Assembly: GCF_006345805.1 (NCBI RefSeq)
Contig: NC_043000.1
Span: forward strand, 76,570,001-76,634,000
Direction: 5' to 3'
Length of the DNA: 64,000 bases
Source: Octopus sinensis
Taxonomy: Eukaryota
The notes below the pieces were generated by a model. It was not told the DNA's origin, did not search any database, and worked only from the letters and a program-made list of their open reading frames with translations. Shown one piece after another: positions 26,346 to 39,651 of the stretch. Position numbers and translations under genes: made by a program. Within the stretch, counting starts at the first letter, position 1, and each line of letters begins with the position of its first letter.

Positions 26346-27519
26346 GCCACTTTTATTTCCAATATTTACGTTGTTATTGATGTTAGTTTTCTGATTGTCG
26401 AACTAGAATTGAACTTTCAAGATTGAGAAGAGCTAATTTAACGTGTCAGTTTACGGTAAAATTAGTGTTATGAAAATAAGTGATTCCAACAGAAGACGGT
26501 ATATATGTAACGGTTATATGTAGTTGATTATCGACTTATCGTGTTTCGGTTGGGATATAGACAGATTAAAGTTAGATTCTCAGGTATTACCGAGTGTATA
26601 ATGGTTATTGTTTGAAGACGTCCACGGAACAAAATGATAAAAGAAAATAGTTGAAGTGACCTTTATTTTACTGTTACAATATAAAAAGTAACTTCGAGTT
26701 GTACAAAGATTAGTTGAAGTTCTGTTGTCCATTTCTTAAATAGCAGTGTTCACCAATGTGACTGATATTAGACAGATATTAGACAGATGGAAGGAGAGAG
26801 AAATAGTAGGAGAATTTACCTGTTTGGTTTGACGAAAGATATATAATCCCTCGATGACATGTGATGTGTGCAGAGCAAAATTCTCTTTGGGCAAGGCGCA
26901 GAGGAAAGGGGAAGAATTAAATTTGGGTTCCGTATTTATAATATTCCTACTTAAATTAGGTCAGGTTAAACAAAGGATTTTTCCGCTTATTATCTGTTTA
27001 ACCTCAAGATTCTCAGGAAGCAATAAGGCATATCTAAATATAACAGTTGACTCCCATAAGTTTTTTTGTACAAATACTGAGAACAATAGAAATGAGTTTA
27101 CAGAAAAATTTAGATTAGGTTTCAAATCCTAGCTAAGTATCCAGGAAGCGATTTGCTTCACCCATCCATCCATCCATCCATCCAGCCGTCCGTCCGTCCG
27201 TCCGTCTGTCTGTCTCCCCCTCTCTCTCTCTCCATCTATCTATGTGTGTGTGGTGTACGCGCGCGCGTGTTTGTGCGTGTGTGCGTGAGTGTGTGCGTAT
27301 GTGTAACTATGTGTGTGTGTGTATGTGTGTGCATGTGTGTGCGCGTGTGTGTCCGTGTGTGTGTGTGTGTATGTATGTGTGTGTATGTATGTGTGTGTGT
27401 GTATTGCGTATTATATGTATTAATACGTATATGTTTTTTTTCCACATTTTCGTCTTTTGTCCACATTAATTTTTCATGTATTTTATCAGTGACTTTTATC
27501 CCATTTTCTCTGTTAACAG

Positions 27520-27674
27520 GGGTCAGTTCGAATATGAATTTGTTTTGAAGTCAGATCTTTACACTAACCGTCACACACAATGGTATTTCTTTCGTATTGA
27601 GAATACGGTGCCAGGAATAGACTACAAGTTCCGGATTGTAAATTTACTGAAGAAGGACAGTCTTTACAACTACG
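27520..27674 (+). CDS. AGBL2/3: CCP2/3-like exon
   Basis: tgttaacag|...|gttaat; GQFEYEFVLKSDLYTNRHTQWYFFRIENTVPGIDYKFRIVNLLKKDSLYNYG matches the CCP EYxLxxxxDLYTxxHTQWFYF / YxFxIVNxxKxxSLYxxG motifs. Phases are consistent. Confidence 0.96.
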
Positions 27675-28457
27675 GTTAATATACTTTTTTATTTGTAAAT
27701 ATTTTGGATATGTCTGTTTTTAAAAATCTTATTTGATCGTAACATGTAGTTATGTTTGTTTAGTCTTGATGAAATGGCAGATCAGTTACTGAAATGGTCC
27801 CAATCGTAACCATCTATGACTCAACAGATGGGATATCATAGAACAGTATTTTTGATCGAAACGATTTAGAGCAGCGTTTCTGATCGATCAGATGTGTGTG
27901 TGTATCATGGGGCAGTATTTTTAATCCACTTGTATATATTTCTAGTACTTTGTGTTTTTCTTGTATTTTGGTCTAAAATACTGTAGTGGTACTGGTGGTT
28001 GTAGTGTAGTGGTATGTGATGTCCAAGGTATTTTCTCAGAATTTTTCACGATGTTTCTCGCAGAAGTTTTGCTTCAGTGATTTTACAGTATGTCTTTCTT
28101 GTTTTTAAAATATTGACTCCAGTTTTTAAAACAACCCTTTCTTTTAAATATTAGATAAACAGAAAAGGTCAAGCGCTTCATTGGCTAGAAATGAGTCACC
28201 TATCGCTAACCAAACGATACCATCTACATTACAAAAGGACTATCATGTTTGCTTCTCAAATTAAGCACCCATACAACTACTTTATTTTTCTCTGGTATTG
28301 TAACTCTTCTAGTGTCATCGTTAACATTGTCACACAGTAAGCAATAGATATCTATTTGAAGTCACACTACTGAACCTCTCTTAAAGTCGTCTTGTTAATG
28401 TCTAATATCATTTACATTAAAAGCCTACCAAATATTGTATTACATTTTATTTCAAAG

Positions 28458-28536
28458 GAATGCGGCCTTTGATCTATTCTGAAGAGGAATTCAAGAGGAA
28501 TGCTGTAGGCTGGAAGAGAACAGGACACCACATTTT
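28458..28536 (+). CDS. AGBL2/3: CCP2/3-like exon
   Basis: atttcaaag|...|gtaaat; (G)MRPLIYSEEEFKRNAVGWKRTGHHI matches CCP GMxPLxYS...GWxRxGxxI. Phase 1 in, phase 2 out. Confidence 0.93.
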
Positions 28537-29216
28537 GTAAATATCCTTACTCTCCATCAAATTACTGTTATTTGATTAACTGTTTTAAAAATATTATTTC
28601 ACTCCGTAAACTGGATCACTAACACAGCATGAAAGAGAGTAAAAAACTATGGTTATGGTCATATATTTAACGAACAGTTTCAACCGCTATGAAAAATAGT
28701 CTCGTGGTTATTTCAATTCTGTTGAGTGTTATGAAGTGTAGAAAGTAAAAGTTAAAGGCCTCGCTCGCCAGTTGATGAATATATTTGATAATGAAATGTT
28801 AATTACTTGGCTTTGTTGCTATAATTGTTGATTAACCCAGGAAAATGCTGATCGAGCAAACTTCCTGATCAAAGCTACTCCAGCCGTGATAACTGCGTCC
28901 CTTTACTGGTATCAAGCCCTAAACTATCTAATGTGTCCTTTCATCTCAAGACAGTGAGGTTCATATTTCAAGGGTATTTTTGCTGCTACTTTTTGAAGAT
29001 CGAATCACATCATAGTAGCTTCCGGATGACTAGAACCATCAGATCTGTGTGAAATTTAATACAAATGTTGGTTTCCAATGATCAGGCATAAACTCTAATA
29101 AATATCTTAATACTAATAACGTCCGATGTTCATTCACAATAAGGTTGAGTTGTTCCAGTTTGGCAAAGTATGATAAATAACGGTAGAATCCGTCATGACT
29201 ATGAATAGTGTAATAG

Positions 29217-29410
<194 letters not shown>

Positions 29411-29730
29411 TCGGTCTGTCTGCCTGACTGCCTGACTGCTTGTCTGTCTGTCTACATACACATACATATATCTCTCCATGACCATGAAAGCTGTAATGAC
29501 TTACGCACACAGACACACACATCACATCACTTCTATACTCATCTGACAAATTGATCACGTATCGGTGACACATCAGAATACTCGAGAGCAACAGCCAAAC
29601 AGATAGACAGGTAGATAAGCATATATACACAAACACAAACACACACGCATATAAATATATAGATAGATATTTAAATAAATAGCTTGCTTGATTATAATCT
29701 CTGCTGAAGTTTCCTTCTCTTTTACTGTAG

Positions 29731-29809
29731 GTATAGCCGGAACATAACCAACTTACAGTGTCCACTACTAACTAGAGGAATACCATACTATATGCTGGAA
29801 TGGCAAATG
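29731..29809 (+). CDS. AGBL2/3: CCP2/3-like exon
   Basis: cttttactgtag|...|gtaatg; YSRNITNLQCPLLTRGIPYYMLEWQM corresponds to YYxN...YxLxWxF of CCPs. Phases are consistent. Confidence 0.88.
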
Positions 29810-29857
29810 GTAATGCTGTCTTAAGAACAGTCTAAATCTTATTTCCAAGTTCTGTAA

Positions 29858-29948
<91 letters not shown>

Positions 29949-29980
29949 TTTATTTAAAGCAGCAGAAAATTCAACAAAAC

Positions 29981-30018
29981 CTGTTACTCTGAGTTTCCCG
30001 TTTCCGTTCGTCGGACAG
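29981..30018 (-). ncRNA. Type I minimal hammerhead motif (PLE 3' end, sense to PLE ORF)
   Basis: CTGT CCGACGA ACG gaaa CGG GAAA CTCAGAGT A ACAG. Confidence 0.7.
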
Positions 30019-33000
30019 TTTTTGCTCGAATGGAACCGATATGTGAATTCTATTCAGACTATTGCAAACGCTACACCTTTAAAAAAAATGGACTTGTTTG
30101 ATTGGCCCTTTAGAAATAACGGCCAATTTTCGAGTGATAAACATAGATGAGTTCAAAAATATATATATGTATATGAAATATAAAAAAATATAAAATATAA
30201 AAATATAAAAATATATAAAAATATATATAAAAATATATAAAAATATATAAAATATAGAAAAGGTATATAAAAAATTATAAAATTCGAGGAAAAACCTTAT
30301 ATTGAATAAAATACATATTGACCTTAATGAAGGAAATATAATTAATACATGGGAATTGAAATGCATTAAAAATATGTATTAAGAATATAACACAGCAATA
30401 CATATTCATATTAAAGTATACATATATATCAACATACACATAATATATGCGTGCGAATCCCATCCATCACGCAGGTGCAGGTATACATATGTATACGCAA
30501 TCTAGCTCGCCGCAAACTAAAATCATAGTAGATTAAGTATCTTCCGTATTTACGAAGCTTAGGGTATGAATGAGCGAGGGGAGCGTGAAGCTGCCTGCTG
30601 GCTTTATACATGTATCGTATAGTTAGAGAAAAAACGAAAGAAAGTAGGAGAGAGAGAAAGGAAAAGGGGAAAGAAAAAAAGAAAGGAAAAAAGAATAAAG
30701 AAAAAGAAAAAGGAACAAAGGAGGGTTGGGGAGAAAAACGGAATAGGAAAAAAAGAAAGACTATGTATACAAGCCGTGCAGCCTCGTACATTGACACATA
30801 TATAGAGATGCCAGTGCACAAACACACAAGTCCAAGTGTATACATACACATACACTCGTGTATGTGTGTGTTCAAGCACAAACATACGCTCACTCACACA
30901 TACACAGGGATGCACTCTCACGAACACACACTCGTGGCCATACACTCACCCACATCACAATTCTAATTTTTGACAACATTGCTTTTAAAAAAAAGTTGAG
31001 TGTAATAATGAAAATTATATGAGGGATATGTAAAATGTATCCCCCTATCGGATCATCTATAAATTAAAATCAAAGTAAGCCTATACAATATAATAACACT
31101 AAGTCGAAGGTTTTTCCTAATAAATATGTAGAAATATAAACAAAATATATGCATGAGACTTTGCTATACGGAATGGAATCTGCATAGCGCGAAACAAATC
31201 CATCGTTGCGTTTACATATTAGTCCAAGAATCAAAATCAAAATTTCAAAATCAAAAATACAAAATATATACTCTATCCATATGGTATATTTATGCTTGAC
31301 ATTTTAAATTTAGCTGCGTGCCTGCATAAGTTCATCAGCTCACTTCTTTGATTCAAAGAATTATTGTCCTTGAATAAGATGTAGAATTTTTCTAACAGGC
31401 AAAGGTTGCATTTGAAATTATTTTTGTGTGCTCCATGCCTGTATGGTGCCGCTCTGTCCAGAATGCTCCATGTCACGTTGAAAGGTGGGGTTTCCTCTTC
31501 TTTCAGTTCCCAGACATATTTTGCTAGGCTGGTCCTCTTCCTATTTTCTGGGTATCTAAATGAATTTTTATGCGAATAAAATCGCGTTTTAAACGAACTT
31601 TCTGAAGCCCCTGTATATGTCTTGTATTCTGATGAGCCTTCTATTTGTATCTTCGCTCTGTAAACTACTCCTTTTACTAGACATTTCCCTTCTAACGGGC
31701 AGGAGGATTCATTTTTGAAATTGCATTTCTTAATGGGCTCGGCACCATGTTTAATCTCAATCAGATTCCTATTATGCTGGCTAATGTAAGAGGCGAAATT
31801 TCTACAACAAGAATAGCTAACCTTCAGGGTTCTTCTATTAAAAATCCTATAAAATTTATGATCCTGCTTAAAATGGTTAGAGATTAATTTCAAAAATTCC
31901 TTACCTATATTAGTCTTTACGGCCAAATTGAAAGCCGGGTTGAACCACAAAACTTTCCTGTTCCTAGTTCTTCGTGCGGTGTTATTATCAGCATTAGGCT
32001 GGTTGTACTGGATCTTCTCCGAGAATCCACTATTCCTTAATGCGCTGTCGTAATAAGGCGCAGCATTATGGAATGCTGCTTCGTCCGAAGAAATTGAAGA
32101 TATTCTTCTACCTACATTGCTGACTAAGTTCCTAAGGATAACTGGTGGATGGTTCGAATCTTTGCTAATATACGATAGCTTTTCATTGGGCTTACGGAAG
32201 GTTTAAATCTATCCGACCTTACATTAAAATTTACGTCTAAAAAATCTACACTATTCAGGTTAGTATCTATTGTAACCCGTAAGCCCATCCTTTGGAAGAA
32301 AGCAATAAGGTCCTTCCTAAGTCTATCCGATTCATGGCCGTTTAAATTATGGGTGGCTATAAGGCCGTCATCCCTATATAAACCTGCATCTATAAATGGG
32401 AATTCTATTTTTAGATTATGAAGAATACAGGCTCCTACGAGCATACATAACTCAGCCCCGTCGTATGCCCCCATCGGTACATCGAAAAGAGAATCCTCAC
32501 TCTTCTTGATCCAGGTGGAATCCTCGAAAAAAAGAAGTGATTTCCTCGCATGCATAATAATATCAATTTCCGAGCTATCGATGTCGACATACTGCTTGGC
32601 GAAGTCTAATGCCCTTAGGAGTAACGTTCTAGATATTGACGGGTAAAAATCAATAATATCGAATTGTGTAAAACTGCAATTATTCTTATAGCTAATACCT
32701 TTAAACCACTCTATGACTGACTTACTATTCTTCCAAATTCTCAAGTCTACTTCACTATCTAACTTAGTTAAAATACGGTCCAAAATATTTTTGCTAATAA
32801 TGCCTATCTCAGTTTTAGCTGGGTTTATCAATCTACATTTAGGGTTTCTATTAAAATTGGCTTTATGGTCTTTTAGTGTAATAAAAGCTGGTCGTGGGGA
32901 AAGATATTCAACACTATCACTAACCTTAAGCTTGTTAGCTATTACTCTTGCTTCCAAATTCACCTCTTTGTATATATTTGTGTTATCTTTTTTGTATGTG

Positions 33001-33513
33001 TCTGTGACACTATTCGAAATCAGGCGTTTATAAACTTCCTTATCAAGTGCATATAAGTTCCTTGTCTTATCAGAATTAACGAAGATCTTATTCGAGTTGT
33101 TAATCTCCTTAATTTTTTCTTTCATATTTCTTTGTAATTGGTTGCTATATTTGCGGAATTTCATTTTCCTAATTAGTTCGAAAAGGTCTTTCTCGAAGGC
33201 TTCTAATTCCGGAATAGGTGGTGGATTTCTGGGAGATTTAAGTCCATATGTGTTTCCTTTGGTTTTCTGTTTAGTATCAAGGAAGAAGGCTTTCCATCTC
33301 AATCTTCGAACAAACTCTTCCGTTTTCTCTATAAGACCTTTGAGATATTGCTTTCGTGCAGGGATAGGTATATTTTTCTGAGAAAAATCCAGCGGGTAAA
33401 GTTGTATGGCCGTTATTTCTAAAGGGCCAATCAAACAAGTCCATTTTTTTTAAAGGTGTAGCGTTTGCAATAGTCTGAATAGAATTCATATATCGGTTTT
33501 ATTCTAGCAAAAA

Positions 33514-33551
33514 CTGTCCGACGAACGGAAACGGGAAACTCAGAGTAACAG
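33514..33551 (+). ncRNA. Type I minimal hammerhead motif (inverted pLTR copy; sense to CCP pre-mRNA)
   Basis: CTGT CCGACGA ACG gaaa CGG GAAA CTCAGAGT A ACAG; stem I CTGT/ACAG, stem III ACTC-A-GAGT, GUA triplet. Confidence 0.7.
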
Positions 33552-33655
33552 GTTTTGTTGAATTTTCTGCTGCTTTAAATAAAGCATATTACTCTACTAC
33601 TGGTATTTGAGTACTCTTTTTTCCACCTTGTTTCACATTTATGTATTTACTCCGG

Positions 33656-33686
<31 letters not shown>

Positions 33687-33689
33687 TTG

Positions 33690-35783
33690 AAGTTTATAGG
33701 AAAACAAAAGACGAAGCCAGTTGTATGAACAACTTTGACGTTTGGGAAAATGAAAAAGTCTTTTACGTTTCGAGCCCATGCACTTCAACAGAAAGGAATA
33801 AGAGAAAATAAATAGAGAGAAAATGAAGAAAAAAAAAGCTTGTAGATTTCACCGGTCCAGCATGGCGGTTGATTGGGAAAAAAAGGAGGTTGAAAGAAAG
33901 AGAGATAATAAAAATAAAAGAATTTGAATGAAAGGAAGATAATAAAGTGCTAGTGATCCCAAGAGAAGGTGCGCGTGCCTGTGTGTGTATGTCAGAATGG
34001 TGTATGTGAGTAAGTGTGCGTGTGAAAAGGTAATTAGGGGCGAGTGGCTCTGACGTGTGTGTGTGTGCGTGTGCGTGTGTAACGTGTGCGTGTGTGTGTG
34101 TTGTGTGTAGCAGTTGATGTGTGCTTTTTCATGTGGTGTGTGCACATGTGCATGTGTGTGTGACCAAACAGTGTGGATGTGTATGGTATACACCATATGT
34201 GGTCGAAAGTTATCTTTGTCTATGTATGTTGCGTGTGTTAATGCGTGTTGCGTGTGTATATATATATTGTCTGTGTTTTTGTGTTTGTGTGGGTGTGGGA
34301 GTGTGCATGGTGGTGTGTGGTGTGTGTACTGAGTTAAACAGTGTGTGTGGCTGTTTATATAATGGTATGTGAGGTGATGCTATTGAAGATTGTGTGTGGG
34401 TGTGTGGATGATGGTGTGTGGTGTGGGTGCTGGGAAGTGGTCAGTGCTAGCGTGTGTGGAGTGGTGGGGTGCTGGTATCAAATGAAGAGAGAAGGTGAGG
34501 TTGGTGTCAGATGAAGAGAGGAGGTGAGTTGAAACCATGTGACGCAAAGGAGCAAAGAGGGAAGATAAATTCCTGTTCACGGCGAAGGCAAGAGTCTGGA
34601 TGGTCCCTGTGCAAAGACAGTCCGAACACAGACAGATGTTGTAGCGAATGACCGGTAGAACGGAAATGGCGCGAGACCAGGGTATCATTGCCGACTCTGA
34701 TGTCTCGGAGGTGCTCCGCGAACCGGTCAGCCAAGCGGCGTCTCGTTTGACCGATGTACAGGGAAAAGCAGAGAGAGCAGGAAATGCAGTAAATGATGTT
34801 ACTAGAAGTGCAGGTAAATGAGTCGGTGATGTGATAGGGACATCGATTGGGTGCCTGTAAGGATGGTGGTGTTGGAGAAGCAGGGGCAGGTGCGACAGCG
34901 TGGGGGAGCAGGGGAACGAGCCAGGTTAGGGAAAAACTTCTTCAACTTGCAGATCTGTTTTAATGTTTTCCACGTTACCCAATTCCAGTACCGAGTCTTT
35001 ATGCTTTATGGCTTTCTTTTTTATAATGTTTACTACATGTTATATTTCAGTACAGAGCGATTGGACTGGCATAACTTGTCCTAAATTTTGTTTGACCGGA
35101 TTGGAGCGTCTGCGTTTCACGTCTGGTGAAATGGTACATTTTACAATTCAGGCGGTCCATCTACAGTCAAGATCCTTTGCGTGTGATGTCATGCTGTGGC
35201 TTATGATGTGTAGATATGTGTCGAGGGTGTTGTCTGCAGAGATCCCTGAGTAATGAGCAAATATGATCGCCGTTTATCTGTAATGTTTCCAAAATTCCTC
35301 TCCATCAGATCCTGGGATCAGATGGATTACAAAGAAATGCCATAAACAGGCTCTTTCAGGAATGACAAAACCTTTCTGCATGCATACTTTCGATGCTCGA
35401 ACATTACATTACTGTATGTTGATCAAGTCCATCTTGAAGATCGCCTTAACGCAGAGTAAAAATGGGATTGAAGACAACCACTTTGCCTCTTCGGGCAAAC
35501 ACCCACTAATTTCTTCAAGTTCAACTTGGGGAAAGGAAGGTGAAGGTGAAGAGGAAGGCAGTCCCCTCCAGCGAATTTTGTAAGACGTGGGGGAGAGTAG
35601 TTGAGTATGATCTGTGCAAATGCATTACAGGCCGGAGAATGACACTGGAGAAGTGCTTCTACCTATGGTCTAGAATGGAAACTCACAGATTTAGGAGTAC
35701 CAACAACCTACTAAGAGCAGGTTGTTGGTACTCCTAAATCTGTGAGTTTCCATTCTAGACCATAGGTAGAAGCACTTCTCCAG
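33690..35783 (-). mobile_element. 5'-truncated PLE of a second family (GIY-YIG remnant, CA-rich 3' UTR, HHR)
   Basis: ADRFAEHLRDIRVGNDTLVSRHF...RREQEFIF..L (34507-34734) is a PLE endonuclease C-terminus; decayed RT/linker at 35000-35640; HHR motif at 33760-33795; fold-back at the 5' end. Confidence 0.8.
33760..33795 (-). ncRNA. Type I hammerhead motif with A6U core variant
   Basis: CTTT CTGTTGA a GTGC atgg GCTC GAAA CGT A AAAG; stem I CTTT/AAAG, stem III ACGT. Confidence 0.55.
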
Positions 35784-35890
35784 GGATCTTCTTATACATG
35801 TGTATACTGCCACATTTTTCATTTCATTCGATTGCTATGTAACCTTTTGCTCTAACTTGTTCCTGTAATATTTCCTTATCTATCACCTTT

Positions 35891-35891
35891 G

Positions 35892-35947
<56 letters not shown>

Positions 35948-36039
35948 ACTACTACTACTACTACCCCCCACCATCACCACCACCACCACCACCACCACCA
36001 CCACCACCACCACCACCACCACCACCACCACCACCACCA

Positions 36040-36090
<51 letters not shown>

Positions 36091-36127
36091 CACCACCACC
36101 ACCACCACCACCACTACTACTACTACT

Positions 36128-36163
<36 letters not shown>
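35891..36163. repeat. Compound (TAC)n/(CAC)n trinucleotide array directly upstream of CCP exon 36180
   Basis: Direct reading. Confidence 0.95.
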
Positions 36164-36179
36164 TAATTTATACATCTAG

Positions 36180-36363
36180 GAATTCCCATACGCCGACAGC
36201 CAATATTACCTGGCTCACTGTTATCCGTATACCTTCACTGACCTTAAAGATGACCTGGATGATCTTATAACACAACCGTCCACAAGTCCCTGGCTAAAAC
36301 GTGAAGTTTTGTGTGAGACAAGAGCTGGAAATTCCTGTTTCCTAGTGACTATAACTGACTTTG
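36180..36363 (+). CDS. AGBL2/3: CCP2/3-like exon (AHCYPYT motif)
   Basis: tacatctag|...|gtaagt; EFPYADSQYYLAHCYPYTFTDLKDDLDDLITQPSTSPWLKREVLCETRAGNSCFLVTITDF. Absent from the ORF track; found by reading the sequence. Confidence 0.95.
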
Positions 36364-36383
36364 GTAAGTGTAAATATGTATTT

Positions 36384-36414
<31 letters not shown>

Positions 36415-36429
36415 TATATGTATATATTC

Positions 36430-36597
36430 TTTTACTTGTTTCAGTCATTTGACTGCTGCCATGCTGGAGCACCGCCTTTAGTCGAACAAATCGACCCCAG
36501 AACTTATTCTTTGTAAGCTTAGTACCTATTTTATTGGTATCTTTTGCCGAACCGTTAAGTTACGGGAACGTAAACACATCAACATGAGACAAACACA

Positions 36598-36600
<3 letters not shown>
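36430..36600 (-). mobile_element. SINE family A tail fragment
   Basis: cttttacttgtttcagtcatttgactg..ccatgctggagcaccgcc block. Confidence 0.75.
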
Positions 36601-36630
<30 letters not shown>

Positions 36631-37057
36631 GAGGACCTCGTTAAACTGATTCACAAAATCATCCCTCTTTAATTTTGTTCAGATGCTTTCAACTTTGGTG
36701 TATCGATGCAGCTCTGAATTTTGATTACGATCAACCAATTACTTTATTTCGTAAATTAAAGAATCTGATGTTATTTGGAATTAAAGTTGGGAAAATTCAG
36801 GTAATTTTAGCGAATTAACAGATAGCGAGGCATGAACAGCTTGTTACCATGACAACTGCAAGTTTTGTTGTGTTTCACTTCACCTGCACGTTGTGTTGTG
36901 TTGATTCTTCACACCACGAGATTTACTTCACCCGCCTGTTTTGCGTTAATAAAAATTTATAGTTATCAATCAGAATTTTATTGTAGATATTTTTCGGCAA
37001 TTGTCTTGATATTTTAGAATTTTTTCATATATTTTCATTCTTGTTTTTTATTCTTTT

Positions 37058-37324
37058 ATTCTTTTACTTGTTTCAGTCATTTGACTGCAGCCATGCTGAA
37101 GCACCGCCTTTAGTCGAGCAAATTGAGCCCTGGACTTAATTTCATAAGTCTAGTACTTATTCTATCGGTCTCTTAGGCCGAACCGTTAAGTTACAGGACG
37201 TAAACACACCGGCATCGGTTGTCAAGTGATGTTAGGGGGTGAGTAGGACAAACGCAGACACACAAACATATACACACGCACACACACGCACGCACACACA
37301 CACGCACGCACACACACACACATA

Positions 37325-37375
<51 letters not shown>

Positions 37376-37513
37376 GACGGGCTTCTTTCAGTTTCTGTCT
37401 ACCGAATCCACTCACAAGGCTTTGGTCAGCCCGAGGCTATAGTAGAAGATACTTGCCCAAGGTGCCACGCAGTAGGACTAAACCCAGAACCATGTGATTG
37501 GTAAGCAAGCTAC
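37058..37513 (-). mobile_element. SINE family A, interrupted near its 5' end by a LINE (remainder at 39652-39680)
   Basis: Tail, (CA)n/(TA)n and head up to ggtaagcaagctac; the head resumes at 39652 as ggtaagcaagctacttaccacacag. Confidence 0.85.
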
Positions 37514-39651
37514 TTTATTTCATTAAGATTTGCCATAAAGGCATTACAAAGAGTAGCTCGCTGGCTGGACACATACATTAATGAGGTGAATGGTGAAAAG
37601 AGGATGATATTGATGGGAGAAGACAAAGAACGCCCGCCGATTTTTTGCTTCTCTAAAATATTCTTCTTTTTTTTCAATAGAAAAAAACAAAACGAGGTAT
37701 TGAACCTCTCATTACAATTTTTTGCAGTTATTAGACTTAATAGTCCATTACAAATAACATACAATAAAATATTAAGTATACAGTCAACACTATTCCATTT
37801 ACAAATGAGGCGCTGAGCCTCTTACACATTATAACACTGAGGCTTTTCAACCTCTTGTCAATTTTCCACCTCATCATCGCTTGTGTCCGTGTACTCCACC
37901 ATCGCCCATGCTTGCTTTAAAATCAGGGCAGGTTCCGAGTCGGCGTCACCCGGTCACGAAAGATATTCCTCTTTTAGTCCCTTCAGATTTGCAACGTTAT
38001 GACCTCCACAGCTATCTGCGGAGGCCATTCGGATTCCTGTGTGAAGGCCAAAGGTACTCCCTTGTAGTGTTCTGTCACCACCTTTTCCACCTCTTCGCCT
38101 CTATAAAAGAAGACCAACAGTTCTTCCTCCTCCAGATCCGAGGTAGTCAATTCTAGCATTGGCGGCATAATTCCCGCCAATGGTATGTCCCCCCCCCGCC
38201 GGTGGCACAACCCCCACCGAAGATGCTCCGGGACCCTCCGGCGCCATGTCTCCGACTGTCGGCAATATCCCGTTTCTCCTCCTCTTCCTCTTTTTTTCTT
38301 CTCGACTAGGGGAAGGTGTGTCTCCTCCGTGGCTGGGAGATTCACCTCCTCTCTCTCATCCCCAGGATCCTTCGGTGAGCACCCATTATTACTCACCTTC
38401 TTTCTTTTGCGGCATTTCTTTGAGGAGTCATCCGTCTCCTCGGCCGCCTTCATTCCCTCCTCTACAAAGGTCTCCGTCAACCGCTCCAGGACTTTGCTTT
38501 GCCCTTGAGGACAGTTCTTTTTTATATGGCCAGACTCCAAGCACCGATGACACTTGGCGGGGGTGGGGGCGTCCGTCGAGCATCACTGGATACCTAGACC
38601 CAGCCATTCTCAAAAAGTCTGGAAATACAAGACTTTCGGCTGACTGGGTCCATGGGATCAAAGCAGCTTTTGACCCCCCCCCCCCCAGTCAGCCGCAGGA
38701 AGAATATTTACGTTGAGGAGCTTAGTATCTCCTATCCACTCGGGCTCAACTCCGGGTGGCAAGCCGCAAACCCGAGTCCTCGTCATTGCCCTCCAGGAAC
38801 TGGCTCGCAAATTCACAAGCCACTTCTGGGGAGTGAAACAGCAACCACACGGTTGCATATTTGCCCCCCCCCACCACGAGAGATAAACTTAATGGCTGGC
38901 ATAAATTCTGCCACCTCTCTTTCGATTATATATTTTTTGAAAACGGCAATGACGTCGAGGATCCTAGAGTAAGTCCTCAAAACCACCGTCTTATGTTCAA
39001 GTTCTTTTAACTATCTTTTGGGTGGTGTAATTTCCCACTCCACTAACTTTCCATTGTTATTTGCCATGTTTTTTTTAAAAAGTCCAAAAATACAGTTCTT
39101 AAAATACAAAATAATTAAGGAAAAAGAAGGAAGAGAAAGAAGTCCAAACAAAAAGGAAATAGAAAAAAAATTAACAGTTCAATAAAGAGTTTTTTTTAAA
39201 ATAAAAGATAGATAAAGTGAGAGCAACAGTGCAAAACACAGCAAAGGTCACTCGGTATTCCAGGCCAAAATTTTTAACGCAATTGTTAAACAGTTAATTA
39301 CTGAAAAATCATTCCAATTTTCTTCTCATATGTACTTCTTGACAGGAACAATATTGTTGAAATCTTTTCCAAAATACCTGGACAAACACAATTCTCAAAA
39401 TTTTGCGGCAGCAAAACAATAATTTTCACAATTAAGTGAAAAAAATTTTGACTCAGCCTCAGGTAGACTAGAATCCAGTGAAGACTTCTTGTTAGTAAAA
39501 AATAATTGCGGCAAACAACAGGCCCCCACTAGACCTCCCCAAAATCTTACCTTACAGCTGAGTTTCAAAAGTCTTCAATTTAAGACGGCTTCAAAAACAC
39601 GTCTTACAGCTTCAGTGTCAAACACAACTCTAATTCGCACGTGCGCAATGA
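37514..39651 (-). mobile_element. Tx1/L1-like LINE derivative: ORF1 (zinc knuckle) retained, ORF2 essentially absent
   Basis: ORF1 remnants ...RAMTRTRVCGLPPGVEPEWI..., KCHRCLESGHIKKNCP (CCHC); long 5' UTR; 3' end aatgaaataaa; perfect 14-bp TSD ggtaagcaagctac. Confidence 0.8.

Larger units (their letters stand above)
29948..33655 (-). mobile_element. Near-complete Penelope-like retroelement (RT + GIY-YIG) with inverted terminal repeat
   Basis: ORF 32124-33434 (KNIPIP, RRLRWKAFF, PKCRLINP, FDIIDFYPSI, GVPMG-like DVPMGA, LYRDD) and ORF 31273-31950 (GVVYRA...TYTGASE, CNLCLLEK) with one frameshift. 29948-30125 is the inverted copy of 33407-33584. (TA)n on both sides. Confidence 0.93.
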
